Positions 26,581-38,270 of a stretch of DNA of 64,000 nt are shown here, piece by piece. A program made the translations under genes and the position numbers. The notes below the pieces were generated by a model. It made no database searches. It saw nothing but the letters and a program-made list of their open reading frames with translations, and was not told the DNA's origin. The DNA lies in assembly GCA_951406725.2 (NCBI GenBank), contig OX597818.1:47120001-47184000 (forward strand), read 5' to 3'. Each line of letters starts with the position of its first letter. Position 1 is the first letter of the stretch. This DNA is from Octopus vulgaris. Lineage: Eukaryota.

Positions 26581-27149
26581 CTTGTGAAGACCTGACACTT
26601 GTGAAGACCTGTTGAGGCAAGTGAGAATCGAATCGTATCGAATCAAATCGAACCAAATCAAAATAGATGAACATCAATGGAATTTGTATCCTTGTGGTAC
26701 CAGTGCCGGTGGCACATAAGAAAACCATCCGAACGTGACCGTAGCCAGTACCGCAATGACTGGCCTCCGTGCTGAGGGCACGTAACAAACACCATCCGAG
26801 CGTGGCCGTCCGCCAGCCTCGTCTGGCACCTGTGTCGGTGACACATAAGAAAACACCATCCGAGCGTGGCCGTCTGCCAGCCTCGTCTGGCACCTGTGTC
26901 GGTGGCACATAAAAAACACCATCCGAGCGTGGCCGTCTGCCAGCCTCGTCTGGCACCTGTGTCGGTGGCACATAAAATCACCCACTACACTCTCGGAGTG
27001 GTTGGCGTTAGGAAGGGCATCCAGCTGTAGAAACACTGCCACATCTGACTGGCCTGGTGCAGCCTTCGGGCTTCCCAGACCCCAGTTGAACCGTCCAACC
27101 CATGCTAGCATGGAAAGCGGACGTTAAACGATGATGATGATGATGATGA
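26578..27149 (+). mobile_element. Family F retroposon with internal 63-64-bp tandem repeats
   Basis: Units start at 26791, 26855 and 26918 (accatccgagcgtggccgtc...); RTE-like tail and (GAT)n. Confidence 0.8.
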
Positions 27150-27169
27150 TATATATATATATATATATA

Positions 27170-27446
27170 TACTTTATTTAAAAGCAGCAGAAATTCAACA
27201 AAACATGTTACTCGGAGTTTCATGTTTCCGTTCATCGGACAGTTTTGTTAAAATTCAATCGATATGACAATTCTATCAAGACTAGTATAAACGTTACACC
27301 TTTAAAAATGGACTTGCTTGATTGGTCCTTTCAAATAACGGTCATATGCGAGCGATAAACAAAAATGAAACAAAACAAATAAATGAGTTAAATATAAAAT
27401 TATAAAGATTGAGGAAAAACCTTAAATCGAAGCTTTGGTTTACTCC

Positions 27447-27450
<4 letters not shown>
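27170..27450 (-). mobile_element. Penelope-like terminal fragment in (TA)n with hammerhead-like motif (27205-27243)
   Basis: Shares both ends with 40135-40340. Minus strand CTGT-CCGATGA-ACGGAAACAT-GAAAC-TCCGA-GTA-ACAT. Confidence 0.55.
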
Positions 27451-27542
<92 letters not shown>

Positions 27543-28405
27543 TGTATGTATGTATGTATGTATGTATGTATGTATGTATGTATGTATGTATGTATGTATG
27601 TATGTATGTATGTATGTATGTATGTATGTATGTATGTATGTATGTATGTATGTATGTATGTATGTATGTATGTATGTATGTATGTATGTATGTATGTATG
27701 TATGTATGTATGTATGTATGTATGTATGTATGTATGTATGTATGTATGTATGTATGTATGTATGTATGTATGTATGTATGTATGTATGTATGTATGTATG
27801 TATGTATGTATGTATGTATGTATGTATGTATGTATGTATGTATGTATGTATGTATGTATGTATGTATGTATGTATGTATGTATGTATGTATGTATGTATG
27901 TATGTATGTATGTATGTATGTATGTATGTATGTATGTATGTATGTATGTATGTATGTATGTATGTATGTATGTATGTATGTATGTATGTATGTATGTATG
28001 TATGTATGTATGTATGTATGTATGTATGTATGTATGTATGTATGTATGTATGTATGTATGTATGTATGTATGTATGTATGTATGTATGTATGTATGTATG
28101 TATGTATGTATGTATGTATGTATGTATGTATGTATGTATGTATGTATGTATGTATGTATGTATGTATGTATGTATGTATGTATGTATGTATGTATGTATG
28201 TATGTATGTATGTATGTATGTATGTATGTATGTATGTATGTATGTATGTATGTATGTATGTATGTATGTATGTATGTATGTATGTATGTATGTATGTATG
28301 TATGTATGTATGTATGTATGTATGTATGTATGTATGTATGTATGTATGTATGTATGTATGTATGTATGTATGTATGTATGTATGTATGTATGTATGTATG
28401 TATGT
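27449..28405. repeat. (TA)n followed by ~890-bp perfect (TATG)n microsatellite
   Basis: Directly visible; source of the 300+ aa MYVC/IHTY ORFs. Confidence 0.98.
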
Positions 28406-28960
28406 CAGAAGGGAAAGGGATTAATAAATCCAGGCAGGTATCTAGAAAGCACTTGGTGTTAAACAAATTTGGTTAACTATATCAAACAATCAGATACCAA
28501 AAAATCTGCTCTGGCAACAATCATGCTCGGATGGTGCTCTTAGTGCTCCACTAGCACAGATGCCAGTCATCGGATTTGATTTCAATTTCACTTGCCCCAA
28601 CAGGTCTTCACAAGCAGAGTTTAGTGTCCAGTGAAGGAACAGTACGCATATAGATGTAGCATCTTCCCTCCCTGGATTTGTTTGTTAACTTGCAAGCTAC
28701 ATGGTGACCTCAATAGTGCTGGTGGCATGAAAAAAAGCACACAGTACACACTGTAAAGTGGTTGGTGTTAAGAAGGGCATCCAGTTGTAGAAATCATGCT
28801 GAAGCAGACACTGGTTCATGATGCAGTCCTTCAACTCATTAGATCCTTCCAATCATCCAACCCATTCCAGCATGAAACATGAACTTAAATGATGATGATA
28901 ATACATACGTAATACACACATATTATATATGTTATTATTGAATTATATATTATGCACTTT

Positions 28961-29282
28961 GTGAAGATATGTGCTTTAGTGGTTAGGGGTATTTGGCTTG
29001 TGATCATAAGGTCTTGAGTTCAATTCCTAGTAGCATATTGTGTTCTTGATCAAGACACTTTATTTTACATTACTCCAGTCCACTCAGCTGGCAAAAATGA
29101 GGTGTATCTGTAATCCAAAGGGGTCAACCTTGTCACGATTTGTGTCATACTGAATCTCCCTGAGAACTATGTTAAGGATACATGTTTGTGTGGAGTGCTC
29201 AGCCACTTGCACTTTCATGAGCAGACTGTTCCATTGAACAGATCAACTGGAATCTTCATCATCATAACTGATGGAGTGCTGG
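28961..29282 (+). mobile_element. Older chimeric SINE: D-like head + C tail
   Basis: ttcttgatcaagacacttt...ccactcagctggc followed by gagaactatgttaagg...ggagtgct. Confidence 0.65.
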
Positions 29283-29451
29283 TTACTATGCACTTTATTG
29301 TGTTTTGTTATGCATGTGATCACCCAGTCTATGGAAAGATTGTCTTGCATGAAACAGGTCCATGGTGCCAAAACGGTTGGGGACCATTGCTGTAGTATGA
29401 CTTGTGATACCTACTTCTGAGATTAGATAGAATATTCTTTTTATATGATGA

Positions 29452-29831
29452 CTAGCACTATGACCTGGCAATGCCGGGTCATAGTGCTAGTGCATGCATA
29501 TACAACTGCGTGCATGCACACATACACGCGAGTACTGTCCAAATCTCCGACCAATCACATACAGCTAGCTGGCATTGAATTGGCGTATCAGTTTTCGGGC
29601 ATTTTGATTGGGTTTTGGATAGAAAATTCACAAAAAAGTCACTTCTATTGATTTTTTAATGGCTTTGCGGGGTGACTGGGGAAATGTAAAGATGTGCACG
29701 ACCACCCTTGGACGGTTTTGAATGACCATAGAAAGTGCGAGCCCTCTAACTGAAAAATTGTGGATTTGTATAAAGGATACACACACACACACACACACAC
29801 AGACATTTTGCTGTTTATATATATATAAAGA
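29452..29831 (-). mobile_element. Non-autonomous Helitron-like element; second copy at 43026-43460
   Basis: Minus strand begins A|TC and ends CTAG|T, with a GC-rich subterminal hairpin and an internal (TG)n. Confidence 0.7.
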
Positions 29832-29978
29832 TTAGCAAATTCAGTTGATATTTTACAAAGATTACTTCCAAATTACATTTTAAAAAATCAATGAATAATG
29901 ACATTTTGCATAAAAGAATAATGAATGTTGTGATTGACAGTTGATTCAGTTATTAGATGTTTTATATTCTTTTTGTAG

Positions 29979-30098
29979 TTATTGTTGGAGATGGAATCTC
30001 GAAGATTAATATCACCTGAAAGCATGCAAGAACTTATGGCTTCTTCATTTGGTAGACCTCTACCAAGTCCAGGAAAAGTTGTCACAATAAGGGCTATG
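29979..30098 (+). CDS. DENND2: DENND2-family exon (LLLEMESRRLISPESMQELMASSFGRPLPSPGKVVTIRAM)
   Basis: AG/GTAAAT, 120 bp, phase 0->0. ExExRR and PxPxPGK motifs as in DENND2. Confidence 0.93.
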
Positions 30099-30409
30099 GT
30101 AAATGTTGTTTTTTATTTATTTATTTTTTTGCATCAAATAGTTTTGTAATAGGAACTATAACGGTATGAAATTCAGTGAAAATTAAGAAGAAAATCAGAG
30201 AATTTAAATATTATACATTTTAAATTATTATTAAAAGGTCCCTGAATAAGGGTTGTTTAAGGATGTTGAATGAAATACTCGTGTTTCCATATGGTCTGTG
30301 GTTCACAACAGGTTGTCTTGTAGAAATTCACTGAAGATAAAGATCTATAAATGAGATCTCTATCTCTTGAGAGTTTTTAAAAGACAACCTGCTGTGATCC
30401 ACATACTAA

Positions 30410-32045
30410 GTCTGTGAATGGTGCAAGGTTCCAGTCAAATGGAAGATATATGATGGAAGAGTAGAGTAGATATAGTCGTAAAAGCTAAGAGATAGGGCTG
30501 AAAAGAAAGGAAGATTGTAGGGAACAAAAGAACCACATTCTGTAATCTGGTGGTTGTTGAAAAAAACTTTGATGTAGATGAGTGACGGCATGTGAGAGTG
30601 AGAGGTGTACAAGCTATTTCAGATATACTGTCAGTATGATCAGGATTATCAATGAATTCAGTCAGGAATTTAATGGGCAGGTAGGTGTCCATCAGGGCTT
30701 AATTCTTGGATCTCTCTTGTTTGTTATAATAATAATAATGAAATTATTATATACAGTGCTCAGGTGCACCACAACTTGTCAGAAAGTGCGTATAGAGTAT
30801 ATGCAGTAATGTACAAATGTCTGGAAAGCGAACAATGTATGAGTCAGATACATGCTTATGTGTGTATGGAGGGGAGAAAATCAGGTGTAGTGTTGCCGAA
30901 TCTCAGGAAGCATGGAAGTTTTGAAGGATGCAGTGCTCCGACAACTAACAACTGATGCCGGCAGTTTGTTCCATGCTTCAGCAACTCTCAGCGTGAAAAA
31001 ATATTTCCTAAAGTCATGGGAGCTGTGCTGCTTTCTGACTTTGTAAATATGTCCACGGGTGTTAGACGGGTGGAGTTTGAAAAGGTGCTCAGAGTTATTG
31101 TTTGTAAGATGGTTGATAATTTTATATGTGTCTGCCAAGTCAGCTGCCAGACGTCGGAGTTTCAATGTATCCATGCCCAGGGAAGTAAGGCATTCAGAAT
31201 ATGGCAAATGCCTGATGGAGGGTATTCTTTTGGTTGCACGTCGCTGAACGGCTTCCAGACGATTGATATCCTGGGCAAGATAGGGGTTCCAGACCGGTGA
31301 TGCAAATTCCAGGTGAGGTCTTACCATAGCTATATAAAGCCGCAGATAGATAGTCGGAGAGCGGCTCACAAAGGATTTGGTGAGTGATGCCAAGACACCC
31401 TCAGCCTTCTTGACAATTTTAGCGATGTGTTTTGTCCAACGCAAATCACTGTTGACAATAGTTCTTTGGACTGTAACAGAGAAGTGTAGCACCAGATAGC
31501 CAGAGGGTAGGGACTTTTGTGTGCCAATATCAAGGTTCTCTTATGCTGAATAGGTTGGAGAAGTACAGAAGCAATGAAAGCTTAGAATGAAAACAGTCTT
31601 AAAGTAAGCAGTTGCAAAGACATAAGCAGGACTCTTCTGCCATCTGAGAATGACTATGCTCAAAATGCAGATAAGGAGCACGTTGGAACACCATATGTTG
31701 TACCCAGTGTAATCTTTGAGTGCTGCAAGAGGTTTTGGTGGATCACAGTCAAGCTAACACAGAAGGATTTCATATGTAGATGAACTGGTGTGGTTAGTCA
31801 TAAAAGCTTCCATGAAAAACATAGCTTCAAATGTTCTGAGGGCTCTCTAGAAAATAGTTGATAGTTTCTGCTATCTTGTTTTATCAAATTAGCAGTGGAG
31901 TTGGATATTCTGAAAGCAGAGTGGCCAGAGTAAAAATGAAGTGAATAAAGTTCAGGGAGCTACTTCCTCCACCAACAAAAAAGGATTCTATTTTTGAGTA
32001 AAAGTTAGATTGTATATGTATAAAGGACAATGTTGCATAGTAGAT
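30410..32045 (+). pseudogene. Old RTE-clade LINE RT fragment, interrupted by a CR1 insertion
   Basis: EFSQEFNGQVGVHQGLILGSLLFVI at ~30650-30727, resuming after ~31460 with degenerate RT sequence. Confidence 0.6.
30725..31460 (-). mobile_element. 5'-truncated CR1-clade LINE (ORF2 C-terminus open, 3' UTR, (ATT)n tail)
   Basis: ORF 30881-31492: LYIAMVRPHLEFASPVWNPY...LEAVQRRATK...RRLAADL..TYKI...TRGH...FFTLRVAEAWNKLP. Confidence 0.9.
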
Positions 32046-32654
32046 AAGGCAAAAAGCTGGCAGAATCATTTGCACATCGGGCAAAATGCTTAGCAACATT
32101 TTGTCTGTCTTGTGTTGTGAGTTCAAATTCTGCTGAGGTCGACTTTAGCCTTTCATCCATTTGGGGTTGATAAAATAAGTACCAGTTGAGCACTGAGCCC
32201 AATATAATCAACTTACCCACTCCCCTGAAATTGTACTAAAATTTGAAATTAATGTATAGTAGCAAAACATGAGCATTGGATGCAGAGGGTGGATAAAGGA
32301 GGGAAGGAAATGAAGCAGCCATGCTCCACTGGAACCAACCCAGTTGAAACCGCTTCTGGCTCTGTAGGACAAATGTCTTGTTTTCAAGAGTTCCGAATTA
32401 AAATCTTCCACCAAACCTTAGTCATGATCTGTGTTTCTAACACTAGCTTAATGATAAGTAAGTTATTTTGCTAAATTCTTTGTTATATTTAAAATTAATT
32501 GAAAGAACACAGAGCATCTCAACAGAAATTTGGGAACAAAAGGGTTAATGGGCATAAATAGTGAAAGATAGGGTGAGCTGAGGGGAAAAAATGGATATAA
32601 GGATATCAGTTGTAAAGTGCAAGAGTTGAGACTGAATTGGTATGGACAGAGCGG

Positions 32655-32995
32655 CTAACTGGCTTCTGTGCCGGTGGCACATAAAAGACACCATTTGAGC
32701 GTGATTGTTACCAGTGTTTCCTTACTGGTACTTGTGCTGGTGGCATGTGAAAAACATTCAAGTGAGGTCGTCGCCAGTGCCGCCTGACTGGCCCCCATGC
32801 CGGTGGCACATAAAAGCACCCACTACACTCTCGGAGTGGTTGGCGTTAGGAAGCGTATCCAGCTGTAGAAACTCTGCCAGATCAAGATTGGAGCCTGGTG
32901 CAGCCATCTTGTTCGCCAGTCTTCACTCAAAATCGTCCAACCCATGCTAGCATGGAAAGTGGACGTTAAACAATGATGATGATGATGATGATATG
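32655..32995 (+). mobile_element. Family F retroposon
   Basis: gtggcacataaaagcacccactacactctcggagtggttggcgttagg...gatgatgat. Confidence 0.8.
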
Positions 32996-33174
32996 ATATG
33001 TATGGAACATGATAGTTGGGTGTAGAAGTATCAATCAGAAGGAATTTGGGGAAGAGGAAGACAGAGAAAGATGTGGCAAAAACTGATCTCATAAAATGAA
33101 AATGACAGTGGTGGTGGTGGTGTAAGTGGTGATGATGATGATGATGATGATCTTGTATTTCTTTCTTTTCTCAG

Positions 33175-33237
33175 AATGAGGAGGGCGAAGTAGATGTTAT
33201 AGAACTACAGAGGCCAATGGATACTCATCTTGAAGGG
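33175..33237 (+). CDS. DENND2: DENND2-family exon (NEEGEVDVIELQRPMDTHLEG)
   Basis: AG/GTAGGT, 63 bp, phase 0->0. ELxRPMDxxLE motif of DENND2. Confidence 0.93.
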
Positions 33238-33289
33238 GTAGGTATATATATATATATATATATATATTATTCAAAACTTCACCTTTTAT

Positions 33290-33665
33290 TTTTTACTTGT
33301 TTCAATCACCTGACTGCAGCCATGCTGGAGCACCGCCTTGAAGGGTTTTTTTTAGTCTAACAAATCAACCTTAGCACATATTTTTTTAAGCTTACTATTT
33401 ATTCTATCAATCTTTTTTGCTGAACTTCTAAGTTGCAGGGACATAAACACACCAATATCAGTTGTCAAGCTGTGGTGGGGGACAAAGACACACACACACA
33501 CACACAACAAACTTCTTTTAGTTTCTGTCCACTAAACCAGGTCACAAGACTTTGGTCAGCCCAAGGCTGTAGTAGAAGTCACTTGCCCAAGGAGCCATGC
33601 AGTGGGACTGAACCTGGAACTATGTGGTTCATAAGCAAGCTACTTACCACACAGCCACATCTGCT
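33290..33665 (-). mobile_element. SINE family A (diverged)
   Basis: Reverse-complement similarity to 6662-7052. Confidence 0.75.
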
Positions 33666-34077
33666 GATGTTTATTAATTTTCTAAAATTAATATATATTT
33701 TATTTTTTTATTTTATTTTTTTAAAAATTTTATTTATATATATGTATGTATATACACACACACACACATATATATATATATTTTATATAAAAGGAAATAT
33801 TAAAAACTACTCTACTGGATTGTAGCCGATTATCTACCTTTGTAGCAGTTGTACAATAATGTGTGTCTATATCCATGGTATTATGGATTTTAAGACAATT
33901 TAGGCACCAAAATTAAGATGTATTTACATTAGCTCTTATAGTAAGCAAAACCTTAAGACAGAATATTTCATTAGACACATGGTAACAAGTGGCTTAATTG
34001 TTTTATGAGCATTTTTCTTTTTATTGTCTGTGAGATATTGAAAATTGTTTTAATTTTTTTTTTTGTCTAAATTTCAG

Positions 34078-34184
34078 TTGAATTTGGAGTCTCTGTTGAC
34101 ATTGTTAGGAATAGAAAAACTTATATGGATATTTTCTACACTATTGGTTGAAAGAAATATTATTTTATGCTCCAAGAATCTCGG
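34078..34184 (+). CDS. DENND2: DENND2-family exon (LNLESLLTLLGIEKLIWIFSTLLVERNIILCSKNLG)
   Basis: AG/GTAACA, phase 0->2. IFxxLLxERxII cDENN motif. Confidence 0.94.
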
Positions 34185-34644
34185 GTAACATTTAATTGTT
34201 TTTTTGTTTTTTTTTTGGTTGAGAGATAAGTTAGAAAGAAAGTCCTGTTGCATTTCAAGACAGGGAAGAAACAAATACTTCTTCAGTTTTAATTGATATA
34301 GTTAATCAAGATTGTATTTCTCTTCATTATTGATAACATAGTCTCATCTATTTGGCAAATTGTTCATCCCTTGAGTTTAACATTCTCCAGATTTCAAAGC
34401 AAGGAAATACTCAATATCATTTTTAACCTTATCATAAGTAACAAACTCTAAATCAGTGGTTCTGAACCAGGGTTCATATAAAAATTTTGATAGTCCACAT
34501 AAGCAAGATAGTAAATTGGGTACACACAACAGTATATTAAGGGTTCTATGAGAAAATTTTGATTTAGATGTATTTATTGAAAGAAACGGCTAGGTTTTCT
34601 TTCTCTAATATGTTACGTAGTTCAACCTAGTCTCATCTATTTGG

Positions 34645-34921
34645 CAAAGCACCGCCTTGACTGGCTTCCGTGTCAGTGGCATGTAAAAAGCACCATCCGA
34701 TCGTGGTCGTTTGCCAGCCTCGCCTGACACCTGTGCCGGTGGCATGTAAAAAGCACCCACTACACTCACGGAGTGGTTGGCATTAAGAAGAGCATCCAGC
34801 TGTAGAAACTCTGCTAGATCAGACTGGAGCCTGGTGCAGCCTCCTGGCTTCCCAGACCCCGGTCGAACCGTCCAACCCATGCTAGCACGGAAAATGGACG
34901 TTAAACGATGATGATGATGAT
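34645..34921 (+). mobile_element. Family F retroposon
   Basis: Same RTE-like tail and (GAT)n. Confidence 0.8.
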
Positions 34922-34989
34922 CCCTTGCAACTGACCCATAATGGGTGCTTTTTCTGCAAATTTTTGTGCAATGTATCCATTGCACATTT

Positions 34990-35560
34990 TCTACAATACT
35001 TTGGTTTAACACTTCATGAGACAACACCTTTTATATCCCTCCAAATACGGAGCATAATTTTTTTTCATGTGTAGTCCTGGTTTGGGGATGGATTCCCCAT
35101 TTTCCATAGGCTGCTAATCAATGTTGTTTTCATTGGATATGATTACAGAGAACTCACTTTTAGTCATTTGGGATGAATCTACCTTGGAGAGGTTTGGTAA
35201 CAAGTCTACATTTCAATGTCATGCAGAGGGTAACTCTTTGATTAAACTGAGAAGCAGACAAGGGATGAGGGACCTGCAGACCAAGTTTAGACACTTTTCC
35301 TAGTTGATGAAGGTGTTTTATGATCAAAGTATAAATGCAATTGAGCTGCTTTGCTAATTCGGAATTTGGTCTCCCAGATTGAGAGGAATCTGCAAGAAAA
35401 AAATTAACTGATTGAAACTGGCCAAACCACCATTGGCATATCCAGATATTTAAAGCTTCATTTCTATAGACAGAACAAATAGTTCTTGCAACTTCCATTG
35501 TTGAGAAACTCCTTTTCAATTCATACAGCATACAACGTCTGATATGGATCTCTGCTCTAT
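34990..35560 (-). pseudogene. Mariner transposase N-terminal relic
   Basis: ORF 35160-35531: MLYELK...ARTICSVY...CQWWFGQF..SGRP..ELAKQL...HLHQLGKVSKLG-QVPHPL (degenerate WVPHEL motif). Confidence 0.85.
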
Positions 35561-36009
35561 ACTCATTGTAAAAGGGTAAAAATCAGCAAGAATTTAGCCA
35601 CTATGGTATAAAGTCATCATCAAAGAAAGAGAGAAAAATCCCATTAGAATGTAAAAATGGAGGTTCTTCATTTATTTAATGTTATATTTATAGTTTGTGA
35701 TTAAATAAATAATTCCAGTGTTTATTTTATTAGAACATTTAACTACAAAGAAACAGGAAAGAAGAGAGAAAAGGAAAGAAAGAAATGGAAAATAAAAAGG
35801 TGGAGGTGGAGAGGTAAAGCAGGAGAAGCTGGAGGAGGAGGGGTGATGGACCACATATCCCAGAGCAAGTGGGGTGCTTAGCTGTGCCCCACAGTAATGA
35901 CCGCGATGGTATTGCCATGGGGAATGGCCAACGACACTTGCTGCAGTAGCCACTCCACCTCGGAGGGCTTATTTCTCAGACGGGCCACTATTATCCCTAT
36001 TTTGCAAAG

Positions 36010-37205
36010 GAAATTGGTAGTATGGAGTCTAGAACACCGAAATTGGTAGTACGGGGTCTAGAACACCGAAATTGGTAGTACGGGGTCTAGAACACCAAAA
36101 TTGGTAGTACGGGGTCTAGAATACTGAAATTGGTAGTATGGGGTCTGGAACACTGAAATTGGTAGTACGGGGTCTGGAACATCGAAATTGGTAGTATGGG
36201 GTCTAGAACACCGAAATTGGTAGTACGGGGTCTAGAACACCGAAATTGGTAGTACGGGGTCTAGAATACTGAAATTGGTAGTACGGGGTCTAGAATACTG
36301 AAATTGGTAGTATGTGGTCTAGAACACTGAAATTGGTAGTATGGGGTCTAGAACACTGAAATTGGTAGTACGGGGTCTGTAACATCGAAATTGGTAGTAC
36401 GGGGTCTAGAACACCGAAATTGGTAGTACGGGGTCTAGAACACCAAAATTGGTAGTACGGGGTCTAGAACACCAAAATTGGTAGTACGGGGTCTGGAACA
36501 CCGAAATTGGTAGTACGGGGTCTAGAACACCGAAATTGGTAGTACGGGGTCTAGAACACCGAAATTGGTAGTACGGGGTCTAGAACACCGAAATTGGTAG
36601 TACGGGGTCTAGAACACCGAAATTGGTAGTACGGGGTCTGGAACACCAAAATTGGTAGTACGGGGTCTAGAACACCGAAATTGGTAGTACGGGGTCTAGA
36701 ACACCAAAATTGGTAGTACAGGGTCTAGAACACCGAAATTGGTAGTACGGGGTCTAGAACACCGAAATTGGTAGTACGGGGTCTAGAACACCCAATGTCT
36801 CAAAAGAAACCAGCACAAACTGATAGTGGCTGGCTAGGCCCCTGCATTTATTGATTTTTTCTCTCCTCTGTAGTATGGGGTCTAGAACACAGAAATTGGT
36901 AGTCTGGGGTCTAGAACACCGAAATTGGTAGTACGGGGTCTAGAACACCGAAATTGGTAGTACGGGGTCCAGAACACCGAAATTGGTAGTACGGGGTCTA
37001 GAACACCGAAATTGGTAGTATGGGGTCTAGAACACCGAAATTGGTAGTACGGGGTCTAGAACACTGAAATTGGTAGTATGGGGTCTAGAATGCCGAAATT
37101 GGTAGTACGGGGTCTAGAACACCCGACATCTCAGAGGCAACCAGCACAAACTGATAGTGGCTGGCTAGGCCCCTGCATTTATTGATTTTTTCTCTCCTCT
37201 GTGTC
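36010..37205. repeat. 29-bp minisatellite (GAAATTGGTAGTACGGGGTCTAGAACACC)n in two blocks, each followed by the same ~80-bp cap
   Basis: About 27 units at 36010-36792, cap 36793-36870, about 9 units to 37123, second cap 37124-37203. Confidence 0.95.
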
Positions 37206-37413
37206 ACAGGTGGTGACACCACAGGGTTTGCAGCAGATGCTGTAAGGATTTAATCATAATCATTGCAAGAGCACCTTAAGAATGATCATGTCAAAAATAC
37301 AACACGCCTTTCTTTCCAACACAATAGATTGTAAAGACCGTTTTGTAAATACACCAATTTGCTTATCCTTTGATTCTCTATCATTTCTATATTTCTCTTT
37401 TATTTCATTTCAG

Positions 37414-37591
37414 TACATTATCTCGAACAATTCATGGTTTGATTACTTTGCTTTATCCATTCCAATGGCAGCACACCTATGTTCCTATTTTACCCCCCAA
37501 CATGCTGGAAATAGTTTGTTCTCCAACTCCTTATATTGTTGGCATTTTATCATCGTACTTACCGGATCTAAAAAATATGGCAATTGATGAA
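37414..37591 (+). CDS. DENND2: DENND2-family exon (TLSRTIHGLITLLYPFQWQHTYVPILPPNMLEIVCSPTPYIVGILSSYLPDLKNMAIDE)
   Basis: AG/GTAAGT, phase 2->0. LLYPFxWQHTxxPxLP and PTPxxVG cDENN core. Confidence 0.97.
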
Positions 37592-38270
37592 GTAAGTATC
37601 TATTTGTTTTATTTGCATTTCTTTTTTTTTTTTTTTTTGTTTTTCTGGAGAAATGGTGGTGGATTGCTATCATTCGTTGGACTGTGGCCATGCTGAGGCA
37701 CTGTCTTGAAGGGGTTAATCAAATAACTCAATGCCAGTACTGGGTAGCATGTGTACACTTAAGCTTGATATATGAAATATAGATAGATACATATGAGGCG
37801 TTTAGTAAAAGAGTGTCATAAGCGCCATCCCAGCCATTTTCGAGGTTAGTATATCATTTTCTTTGTCTCGATGTCTAGAATCTGAAAATGTTGGGAGGAA
37901 GAACCAGTGAGGCTTGCAATAAGGCCGAAAATCCAGCTGAAAAAAGTTGTACCTTGATGCTATTGACACGACCCAAACCCACCCCAAATCACTCCACCAA
38001 ACTCGGACCAGAGAGTTTAGCAACACACCATCATAAGCACACTCAATCAATAACTTTAGTGTGGTTCATGTATCATTTTCTGAGGTGTTATGGCTCATTT
38101 TCTAATATTCCTCATTACCATCATAACGATAATGGGCTATTATCTTACTTTCTTGTCTTGATGGATTTTCATGTATAAGCATAAAGATATTTATATATTT
38201 ACAAAATAAATAAATTTACAGGGAGTACGAAAAATACAGAAAACAAAGGGAAGAGGATGTAGTATTTCAG

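Noticed and set aside
27342-28476. 300-370 aa ORFs on both strands
   Set aside because: Translations of stop-free (TATG)n/(TA)n microsatellite.
30881-31492. 203-aa ORF as a host gene
   Set aside because: It is a 5'-truncated CR1 ORF2 C-terminus, and its start lies in flanking RTE sequence.
36010-37123. CRISPR-like array (29-bp repeat)
   Set aside because: Units are contiguous with no unique spacers, there are no cas genes, and the context is a eukaryotic intron.
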